Assembly (NCBI GenBank): GCA_964057225.1
Contig: OZ059897.1
Coordinates: 1,612,001-1,676,000, forward strand
Origin: Auanema rhodensis
Taxonomy: Eukaryota > Animalia > Nematoda
Reading direction: 5' to 3'
Length of the DNA: 64,000 nt
In this document: positions 52,601 to 64,000 of the stretch, piece after piece
Numbering within the stretch: the stretch's first letter is position 1
Layout: every line of letters starts with the position of its first letter
Notes under the pieces: generated by a model
What the model saw: only the letters and a program-made list of their open reading frames with translations
Databases searched by the model: none
Told to the model about the DNA's origin: nothing
Program-made: the position numbers and the translations under genes

Positions 52601-55600
52601 TTTCAAGATAATTTTACGAAAAGTAGATGTTTTTAGATTTCTTTTTTTAAGGCGAAGACGATGGACAATGTTATTCAACGAAAAAATTAATTCTTCAGGG
52701 TGAAAATCGAGGATTTAAGTGTGAACTTATATCAGTTGATATCTCGGTGAATTTTTAAGCTAGCGCAAATCTGATAACACAGATCGACGCAGCTTAAAAA
52801 TCCGCATCGAATGCATTATACTACATTGAAAAACGCTCAATACAAGAATAATTTATGATTGTTTGAAAAATGATGCAGTAGTGTATGTTGAGTTTCCATG
52901 TACACTCAACATTGCTTCCAAAAACATTTTGACAAAAAATTTCCCGAAAAATTTCAAGATAATTTAACAAAGAGTAGATGTTTTTAGATTCTTTTTTTTA
53001 AGGCAAAGACGATGGACAATGTTATTCAACGAAAAAATTAATTCTTCAGGGTGAAAATCGAGGATATAAGTGTGAACTTATATCAGTTGATATCTCGGTG
53101 CATTTTTAAGCTAGCGCAAATCTGATAACACAGATCGACGCAGCTTAAAAATTTGTTTCGAATGCACTATACCACATTGAGAAACGCTCAATACAAAAGT
53201 TATTTATGATTGTTTGAAAAATGATGCATTAGTGTATGTTGAGTTTCCATGTTCACTCAACATTGCTTCCAAAAACATTTTGACAAAAATTTTCCCGAAA
53301 AATTTCAAGATAATTTTACGAAAAGTAGATGTTTTTAGATTTCTTTTTTTAAGGCGAAGACGATGGACAATGTTATTCAACGAAAAAATTAATTCTTCAG
53401 GGTGAAAATCGAGGATATAAGTGTGAACTTATATCAGTTGATATCTTGGTGCATTTTTAAGCTAGCGCAAATCTGATAACACAGATCGACGCAGCTTAAA
53501 AATTTGTTTTGAATGCACTATACCACATTGAGAAACGCTCAATACAAATGTTATTTATGATTGTTTGAAAAATGATGCATTAGTGTATGTTGAGTTTCCA
53601 TGTACACTCAACATTGCTTCCAAAAACATTTTGACAAAAATTTTCCCGAAAAATTTCAAGATAATTTAACAAAGAGTAGATGTTTTTAGATTCCTTTTTT
53701 TAAGGCGAAGACGATGGACAATGTTATTCAACGAAAAAATTAATTCTTCAGGGTGAAAATCGAGGATATAAGTGTGAACTTATATCAGTTGATATCTTGG
53801 TGCATTTTTAAGCTAGCGCAAATCTGATAACACAGATCGACGCAGCTTAAAAATTTGTTTCGAATGCACTATACCACATTGAGAAACGCTCAATACAAAA
53901 ATTATTTATGATTGTTTGAAAAATGATGCATTAGTGTATGTTGAGTTTCCATGTACACTCAACATTGCTTCCAAAAACATTTTGACAAAAATTTTCCCGA
54001 AAAATTTCAAGATAATTTAACAAAGAGTAGATGTTTTTAGATTCCTTTTTTTAAGGCGAAGACGATGGACAATGTTATTCAACGAAAAAATTAATTCTTC
54101 AGGGTGAAAATCGAGGATATAAGTGTGAACTTATATCAGTTGATATCTTGGTGCATTTTTAAGCTAGCGCAAATCTGATAACACAGATCGACGCAGCTTA
54201 AAAATCCGCATCGAATGCACTATACTACATTGAGAAACGCTCAATACAAAAATTATTTATGATTGTTTGAAAAATGATGCATTAGTGTATGTTGAGTTTC
54301 CATGTACACTCAACATTGCTTCCAAAAACATTTTGACAAAAATTTTCCCGAAAAATTTCAAGATAATTTTACGAAAAGTAGATGTTTTTAGATTTCTTTT
54401 TTAAAGGCGAAGACGATGGACAATGTTATTCAACGAAAAAATTAATTCTTCAGGGTGAAAATCGAGGATTTAAGTGTGAACTTATATCAGTTGATATCTC
54501 GGTGAATTTTTAAGCTAGCGCAAATCTGATAACACAGATCGACGCAGCTTAAAAATCCGCATCGAATGCACTATACTACATTGAGAAACGTTCAATACAA
54601 AAATTATTTATGATTGTTCGAAAAATGATGCATTAGTGTATGTTGAGTTTCCATGTACACTCAACATTGCTTCCAAAAACATTTTGACAAAAATTTTCCC
54701 GAAAAATTTCAGGATAATTTAACAAAGAGTAGATGTTTTTAGATTCCTTTTTGTAAGGCAAAGACGATGGACAATGTTATTCAACGAAAAAATTAATTCT
54801 TCAGGGTGAAAATCGAGGATATAAGTGTGAACTTATATCAGTTGATATCTCGGTGCATTTTTAAGCTAGCGCAAATCTGATAACACAGATCGACGCAGCT
54901 TAAAAATTTGTTTCGAATGCACTATACCACATTGAGAAACGCTCAATACAAAAGTTATTTATGATTGTTTGAAAAATGATGCATTAGTGTATGTTGAGTT
55001 TCCATGTACACTCAACATTGCTTCCAAAAACATTTTGACAAAAATTTTCCCGAAAAATTTCAAGATAATTTTACGAAAAGTAGATGTTTTTAGATTTCTT
55101 TTTTTAAGGCGAAGACGATGGACAATGTTATTCAACGAAAAAATTAATTCTTCAGGGTGAAAATCGAGGATATAAGTGTGAACTTATATCAGTTGATATC
55201 TTGGTGCATTTTTAAGCTAGCGCAAATCTGATAACACAGATCGACGCAGCTTAAAAATTTGTTTTGAATGCACTATACCACATTGAGAAACGCTCAATAC
55301 AAAAGTTATTTATGATTGTTTGAAAAATGATGCATTAGTGTATGTTGAGTTTCCATGTACACTCAACATTGCTTCCAAAAACATTTTGACAAAAATTTTC
55401 CCGAAAAATTTCAAGATAATTTTACGAAAAGTAGATGTTTTTAGATTTCTTTTTTAAAGGCGAAGACGATGGACAATGTTATTCAACGAAAAAATTAATT
55501 CTTCAGGGTGAAAATCGAGGATATAAGTGTGAACTTATATCAGTTGATATCTTGGTGCATTTTTAAGCTAGCGCAAATCTGATAACACAGATCGACGCAG

Positions 55601-58600
55601 CTTAAAAATTTGTTTCGAATGCACTATACCACATTGAAAAACGCTCAATACAAAAATTATTTATGATTGTTTGAAAAATGATGCATTAGTGTATGTTGAG
55701 TTTCCATGTACACTCAACATTGCTTCCAAAAACATTTTGACCAAAATTTTCCCGAAAAATTTCAAGATAATTTAACAAAGAGTAGATGTTTTTAGATTCT
55801 TTTTTTCAAGGCGAAGACGATGGACAATGTTATTCAACGAAAAAATTAATTCTTCAGGGTGAAAATCGAGGATATAAGTGTGAACTTATATCAGTTGATA
55901 TCTTGGTGCATTTTTAAGCTAGCGCAAATCTGATAACACAGATCGACGCAGCTTAAAAATTTGTTTTGAATGCACTATACCACATTGAGAAACGCTCAAT
56001 ACAAAAGTTATTTATGATTGTTTGAAAAATGATGCATTAGTGTATGTTGAGTTTCCATGTACACTCAACATTGCTTCCAAAAACATTTTGACCAAAATTT
56101 TCCCGAAAAATTTCAAGATAATTTCACGAAAAGTAGATGTTTTTAGATTCCTTTTTTTAAGGCGAAGACGATGGTAAATGTTATTCAACGAAAAAATTAA
56201 TTCTTCAGGGTGAAAATCGAGGATATAAATGTGAACTTATATCAGTTGATATCTCGGTGCATTTTTAAGCTAGCGCAAATCTGATAACACAGATCGACGC
56301 AGCTTAAAAATCCGCATCGAATGCACTATACCACATTGAAAAACGCTCAATACAAAAATTATTTATGATTGTTTGAAAAATGATGCATTAGTGTATGTTG
56401 AGTTTCCATGTACACTCAACATTGCTTCCAAAAACATTTTGACAAAAATTTTCCCGAAAAATTTCAAGATAATTTCACGAAAAGTAGATGTTTTTAGATT
56501 CCTTTTTTTAAGGCGAAGACGATGGTAAATGTTATTCAACGAAAAAATTAATTCTTCAGGGTGAAAATCGAGGATATAAGTGTGAACTTATATCAGTTGA
56601 TATCTCGGTGCATTTTTAAGCTAGCGCAAATCTGATAACACAGATCGACGCAGCTAAAAAATCCGCATCGAATGCACTATACTACATTGAGAAACGTTCA
56701 ATACAAAAATTAGTTATGATCGTTTGAAAAATGATGCATTAGTGTATGTTGAGTTTCCATGTACACTCAACATTGCTTCCAAAAACATTTTGACAAAAAT
56801 TTTCCCGAAAAATTTCAAGATAATTTTACGAAAAGTAGATGTTTTTAGATTTCTTTTTTTAAGGCGAAGACGATGGACAACGTTATTCAACGAAAAAATT
56901 AATTCTTCAGAGTGAAAATCGAGGATACAAGTGTGAACTTATATCAGTTGATATCTCGGTGAATTTTTAAGCTAGCGCAAATCTGACAACACAGATCGAC
57001 GCAGCTTAAAAATCCGCATCGAATGCACTATACTACATTGAGAAACGTTCAATACAAAAATCATTTATGATTGTTCGAAAAATGATGCATTAGTGTATGT
57101 TGAGTTTCCATGTACACTCAACATTGCTTCCAAAAACATTTTGACAAAAATTTTCCCGAAAAATTTCAAGATAATTTTACGAAAAGTAGATGTTTTTAGA
57201 TTTCTTTTTTTAAGGCGAAGAGGATGGACAATGTTATTCAACGAAAAAATTAATTCTTCAGGGTGAAAATCGAGGATATAAGTGTGAACTTATATCAGTT
57301 GATATCTCGGTGCATTTCTAAGCTAGCGCAAATCTGATAACACAGATCGACGCAGCTTAAAAATCCGCATCGAATGCATTATACTACATTGAGAAACGTT
57401 CAATACAAAAATTATTTATGATTGTTCGAAAAATGATGCATTAGTGTATGTTGAGTTTCCATGTACACTCAACATTGCTTCCAAAAACATTTTGACAAAA
57501 ATTTTCCCGAAAAATTTCAAGATAATTTTACGAAAAGTAGGTGTTTTTAGATTTCTTCTTTCAAGGCGAAGACGATGAACAATGTTATTCAACGAAAAAA
57601 TAAATTCTTCAGGGTGAAAATCGAGGATATAAGTGTGAACTTATATCAGTTGATATCTCGGTGAATTTTTAAGCTAGCGCAAATCTGATAACACAGATCG
57701 ACGCAGCTTAAAAATCCACATCGAATGCATTATACTACATTGAGAAACGTTCAATACAAAAATTATCTATGATTGTTCGAAAAATGATGCATTAGTGTAT
57801 GTTGAGTTTCCATGTACACTCAACATTGCTTCCAAAAACATTTTGACAAAAATTTTCCCGAAAAATTTCAAGATAATTTTACGAAAAGTAGATGTTTTTA
57901 GATTTCTTTTTTTAAGGCAAAGACGATGGACAATGTTATTCAACGAAAAAATTAATTCTTCAGGGTGAAAATCGAGGATACAAGTGTGAACTTATATCAG
58001 TTGATATCTCGGTGAATTTTTAAGCTAGCGCAAATCTGACAACACAGATCGACGCAGCTTAAAAATCCGCATCGAATGCACTATACTATATTGAGAAACG
58101 TTCAATACAAAAATTATTTATGATTGTTCGAAAAATGATGCATTAGTGTATGTTGAGTTTCCATGTACACTCAACATTGCTTCCAAAAACATTTTGACAA
58201 AAATTTTCCCGAAAAATTTCAAGATAATTTTACGAAAAGTAGATGTTTTTAGATTTCTTTTTTAAAGGCGAAGACGATGGACAATGTTATTCAACGAAAA
58301 AATTAATTCTTCAGGGTGAAAATCGAGGATATAAGTGTGAACTTATATCAGTTGATATCTTGGTGCATTTTTAAGCTAGCGCAAATCTGATAACACAGAT
58401 CGACGCAGCTTAAAAATTTGTTTCGAATGCACTATACCACATTGAAAAACGCTCAATACAAAAATTATTTATGATTGTTTGAAAAATGATGCATTAGTGT
58501 ATGTTGAGTTTCCATGTACACTCAACATTGCTTCCAAAAACATTTTGACAAAAATTTTCCCGAAAAATTTCAAGATAATTTTACGAAAAGTAGATGTTTT

Positions 58601-61600
58601 TAGATTTCTTTTTTTAAGGCGAAGACGATGGACAATGTTATTCAACGAAAAAATTAATTCTTCAGGGTGAAAATCGAGGATACAAGTGTGAACTTATATC
58701 AGTTGATATCTCGGTGAATTTTTAAGCTAGCGCAAATCTGACAACACAGATCGACGCAGCTTAAAAATCCGCATCGAATGCACTATACTACATTGAGAAA
58801 CGTTCAATACAAAAATTATTTATGATTGTTCGAAAAATGATGCATTAGTGTATGTTGAGTTTCCATGTACACTCAACATTGCTTCCAAAAACATTTTGAC
58901 AAAAATTTTCCCGAAAAATTTCAAGATAATTTTACGAAAAGTAGATGTTTTTAGATTTCTTTTTTAAAGGCGAAGACGATGGACAGTGTTATTCAACGAA
59001 AAAATTAATTCTTCAGGGTGAAAATCGAGGATATAAGTGTGAACTTATATCAGTTGATATCTCGGTGCATTTTTAAGCTAGCGCAAATCTGATAACACAG
59101 ATCGACGCAGTTTAAAAATCCGCATCGAATGCATTATACCACATTGAGAAACGCTCAATACAAAAGTTATTTATGATTGTTTGAAAAATGATGCATTAGT
59201 GTATGTTGAGTTTCCATGTACACTCAACATTGCTTCCAAAAACATTTTGACAAAAATTTTCCCGAAAAATTTCAAGATAATTTTACGAAAAGTAGATGTT
59301 TTTAGATTTCTTTTTTAAAGGCGAAGACGATGGACAATGTTATTCAACGAAAAAATTAATTCTTCAGGGTGAAAATCGAGGATATAAGTGTGAACTTATA
59401 TCAGTTGATATCTTGGTGCATTTTTAAGCTAGCGCAAATCTGATAACACAGATCGACGCAGCTTAAAAATTTGTTTCGAATGCACTATACCACATTGAAA
59501 AACGCTCAATACAAAAATTATTTATGATTGTTTGAAAAATGATGCATTAGTGTATGTTGAGTTTCCATGTACACTCAACATTGCTTCCAAAAACATTTTG
59601 ACAAAAATTTTCCCGAAAAATTTCAAGATAATTTTACGAAAAGTAGATGTTTTTAAATTTCTTTTTTTAAGGCGAAGACGATGGACAATGTTATTCAACG
59701 AAAAAATTAATTCTTCAGGGTGAAAATCGAGGATACAAGTGTGAACTTATATCAGTTGATATCTCGGTGAATTTTTAAGCTAGCGCAAATCTGACAACAC
59801 AGATCGACGCAGCTTAAAAATCCGCATCGAATGCACTATACTACATTGAGAAACGTTCAATACAAAAATTATTTATGATTGTTCGAAAAATGATGCATTA
59901 GTGTATGTTGAGTTTCCATGTACACTCAACATTGCTTCCAAAAACATTTTGACAAAAATTTTCCCGAAAAATTTCAAGATAATTTTACGAAAAGTAGATG
60001 TTTTTAGATTTCTTTTTTAAAGGCGAAGACGATGGACAGTGTTATTCAACGAAAAAATTAATTCTTCAGGGTGAAAATCGAGGATATAAGTGTGAACTTA
60101 TATCAGTTGATATCTCGGTGCATTTTTAAGCTAGCGCAAATCTGATAACACAGATCGACGCAGTTTAAAAATCCGCATCGAATGCATTATACCACATTGA
60201 GAAACGCTCAATACAAAAGTTATTTATGATTGTTTGAAAAATGATGCATTAGTGTATGTTGAGTTTCCATGTACACTCAACATTGCTTCCAAAAACATTT
60301 TGACAAAAATTTTCCCGAAAAATTTCAAGATAATTTTACGAAAAGTAGATGTTTTTAGATTTCTTTTTTTAAGGCGAAGACGATGGACAATGTTATTCAA
60401 CGAAAAAATTAATTCTTCAGGGTGAAAATCGAGGATTTAAGTGTGAACTTATATCAGTTGATATCTCGGTGCATTTTTAAGCTAGCGCAAATCTGATAAC
60501 ACAGATCGACGCAGCTTAAAAATCCGCATCGAATGCACTATACTACATTGAGAAACGTTCAATACAAAAATTAGTTATGATCGTTTGAAAAATGATGCAT
60601 TAGTGTATGTTGAGTTTCCATGTACACTCAACATTGCTTCCAAAAACATTTTGACAAAAATTTTCCCGAAAAATTTCAAGATAATTTTACGAAAAGTAGA
60701 TGTTTTTAGATTTCTTTTTTTAAGGCGAAGACGATGGACAATGTTATTCAACGAAAAAATTAATTCTTCAGGGTGAAAATCGAGGATATAAGTGTGAACT
60801 TATATCAGTTGATATCTCGGTGCATTTTTAAGCTAGCGCAAATCTGATAACACAGATCGACGCAGTTTAAAAATCCGCATCGAATGCATTATACCACATT
60901 GAGAAACGCTCAATACAAAAGTTATTTATGATTGTTTGAAAAATGATGCATTAGTGTATGTTGAGTTTCCATGTACACTCAACATTGCTTCCAAAAACAT
61001 TTTGACAAAAATTTTCCCGAAAAATTTCAAGATAATTTTACGAAAAGTAGATGTTTTTAGATTTCTTTTTTTAAGGCGAAGACGATGGACAATGTTATTC
61101 AACGAAAAAATTAATTCTTCAGGGTGAAAATCGAGGATATAAGTGTGAACTTATATCAGTTGATATCTCGGTGCATTTTTAAGCTAGCGCAAATCTGATA
61201 ACACAGATCGACGCAGTTTAAAAATCCGCATCGAATGCATTATACCACATTGAGAAACGCTCAACACAAAAGTTATTTATGATTGTTTGAAAAATGATGC
61301 ATTAGTGTATGTTGAGTTTCCATGTACACTCAACATTGCTTCCAAAAACATTTTGACAAAAATTTTCCCGAAACATTTCAAGATAATTTTACGAAAAGTA
61401 GATGTTTTTAGATTTCTTTTTTTAAGGCGAAGACGATGGACAATGTTATTCAACGAAAAAATTAATTCTTCAGGGTGAAAATCGAGGATTTAAGTGTGAA
61501 CTTATATCAGTTGATATCTCGGTGCATTTTTAAGCTAGCGCAAATCTGATAACACAGATCGACGCAGCTTAAAAATCCGCATCGAATGCACTATACTACA

Positions 61601-64000
61601 TTGAGAAACGTTCAATACAAAAATTAGTTATGATCGTTTGAAAAATGATGCATTAGTGTATGTTGAGTTTCCATGTACACTCAACATTGCTTCCAAAAAC
61701 ATTTTGACAAAAATTTTCCCGAAAAATTTCAAGATAATTTTACGAAAAGTAGATGTTTTTAGATTTCTTTTTTTAAGGCGAAGACGATGGACAATGTTAT
61801 TCAACGAAAAAATTAATTCTTCAGGGTGAAAATCGAGGATTTAAGTGTGAACTTATATCAGTTGATATCTCGGTGCATTTTTAAGCTAGCGCAAATCTGA
61901 TAACACAGATCGACGCAGCTTAAAAATCCGCATCGAATGCACTATACTACATTGAGAAACGTTCAATACAAAAATTAGTTATGATCGTTTGGAAAATGAT
62001 GCATTAGTGTATGTTGAGTTTCCATGTACACTCAACATTGCTTCCAAAAACATTTTGACAAAAATTTTCCCGAAAAATTTCAAGATAATTTTACGAAAAG
62101 TAGATGTTTTTAGATTTCTTTTTTTAAGGCGAAGACGATGGACAATGTTATTCAACGAAAAAATTAATTCTTCAGGGTGAAAATCGAGGATTTAAGTGTG
62201 AATTTATATCAGTTGATATCTCGGTGCATTTTTAAGCTAGCGCAAATCTGATAACACAGATCGACGCAGCTTAAAAATCCGCATCGAATGCACTATACTA
62301 CATTGAGAAACGTTCAATACAAAAATTAGTTATGATCGTTTGAAAAATGATGCATTAGTGTATGTTGAGTTTCCATGTACACTCAACATTGCTTCCAAAA
62401 ACATTTTGACAAAAATTTTCCCGAAAAATTTCAAGATAATTTTACGAAAAGTAGATGTTTTTAGATTTCTTTTTTTAAGGCGAAGACGATGGACAATGTT
62501 ATTCAACGAAAAAATTAATTCTTCAGGGTGAAAATCGAGGATACAAGTGTGAACTTATATCAGTTGATATCTCGGTGCATTTTTAAGCTAGCGCAAATCT
62601 GATAACACAGATCGACGCAGCTTGAAAATCCGCATCGAATGCATTATACTACATTGAGAAACGTTCAATACAAAAATTATCTATGATTGTTCGAAAAATG
62701 ATGCATTAGTGTATGTTGAGTTTCCATGTACACTCAACATTGCTTCCAAAAACATTTTGACAAAAATTTTCCCGAAAAATTTCAAGATAATTTTACGAAA
62801 AGTAGATGTTTTTAGATTTCTTTTTTTAAGGCGAAGACGATGGACAATGTTATTCAACGAAAAAATTAATTCTTCAGGGTGAAAATCGAGGATTTAAGTG
62901 TGAACTTATATCAGTTGATATCTCGGTGCATTTTTAAGCTAGCGCAAATCTGATAACACAGATCGACGCAGCTTAAAAATCCGCATCGAATGCACTATAC
63001 TACATTGAGAAACGTTCAATACAAAAATTAGTTATGATCGTTTGAAAAATGATGCATTAGTGTATGTTGAGTTTCCATGTACACTCAACATTGCTTCCAA
63101 AAACATTTTGACAAAAATTTTCCCGAAAAATTTCAAGATAATTTTACGAAAAGTAGATGTTTTTAGATTTCTTTTTTTAAGGCGAAGACGATGGACAATG
63201 TTATTCAACGAAAAAATTAATTCTTCAGGGTGAAAATCGAGGATTTAAGTGTGAATTTATATCAGTTGATATCTCGGTGCATTTTTAAGCTAGCGCAAAT
63301 CTGATAACACAGATCGACGCAGCTTAAAAATCCGCATCGAATGCACTATACTACATTGAGAAACGTTCAATACAAAAATTAGTTATGATCGTTTGAAAAA
63401 TGATGCATTAGTGTATGTTGAGTTTCCATGTACACTCAACATTGCTTCCAAAAACATTTTGACAAAAATTTTCCCGAAAAATTTCAAGATAATTTCACGA
63501 AAAGTAGATGTTTTTAGATTCCTTTTTTCAAGGCGAAGACGATGAACAATGTTATTCAACGAAAAAATTAATTCTTCAGGGTGAAAATCGAGGATATAAG
63601 TGTGAACTTATATCAGTTGATATCTCGGTGCATTTTTAAGCTAGCGCAAATCTGATAACACAGATCGACGCAGTTTAAAAATCCGCATCGAATGCATTAT
63701 ACCACATTGAGAAACGCTCAATACAAAAGTTATTTATGATTGTTTGAAAAATGATGCATTAGTGTATGTTGAGTTTCCATGTACACTCAACATTGCTTCC
63801 AAAAACATTTTGACAAAAATTTTCCCGAAAAATTTCAAGATAATTTTACGAAAAGTAGATGTTTTTAGATTTCTTTTTTTAAGGCGAAGACGATGGACAA
63901 TGTTATTCAACGAAAAAATTAATTCTTCAGGGTGAAAATCGAGGATTTAAGTGTGAACTTATATCAGTTGATATCTCGGTGCATTTTTAAGCTAGCGCAA
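34637..64000 (+). repeat. 351-bp tandem satellite, right segment (~84 monomers)
   Basis: Period 351 (34962, 35313, 35664...). The array resumes exactly in register with the monomer interrupted at 19684. Confidence 0.97.

Noticed and set aside
34962-63935. Dozens of 63-aa ORFs (MKNDALVYVEF...)
   Set aside because: They are by-products of the 351-bp satellite: TTG starts, broken in many monomers, and no recognisable domain.
1-64000. CRISPR array interpretation of the repeats
   Set aside because: Monomers are contiguous with no unique spacers, there are no cas genes, and the context is eukaryotic.

Overview
AT-rich eukaryotic satellite (heterochromatin-like) DNA; short introns suggest an invertebrate, possibly a nematode, but the host cannot be fixed from sequence alone. 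The window has four blocks. (i) A 182-bp satellite array at 1-~17429, which flips orientation for ~4 monomers at ~17430-18121. (ii) A 351-bp satellite array from ~18121 to the window end. (iii) A 14,952-bp Maverick/Polinton-family element (19685-34636) interrupting the 351-bp array, with 5'-AGTAGAGAG termini and a perfect 6-bp target-site duplication (TGCGTT). (iv) Inside that element, a third, 200-bp tandem array. The element is almost entirely one giant palindrome. Two near-identical ~5.3-kb arms each carry an intact DDE integrase with a chromodomain, a Polinton-type hypothetical ORF, a spliced Cys-rich gene and a spliced gene that looks like a stand-alone TDP-43 N-terminal domain. The arms surround the 200-bp array, which folds back on itself at ~26491. 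No DNA polymerase B, ATPase, protease or capsid ORF is present. My best reading is a fold-back (snap-back), non-autonomous Maverick derivative carrying a host-like TDP-43-NTD cargo. Protein family calls come from recalled motifs, not database searches.
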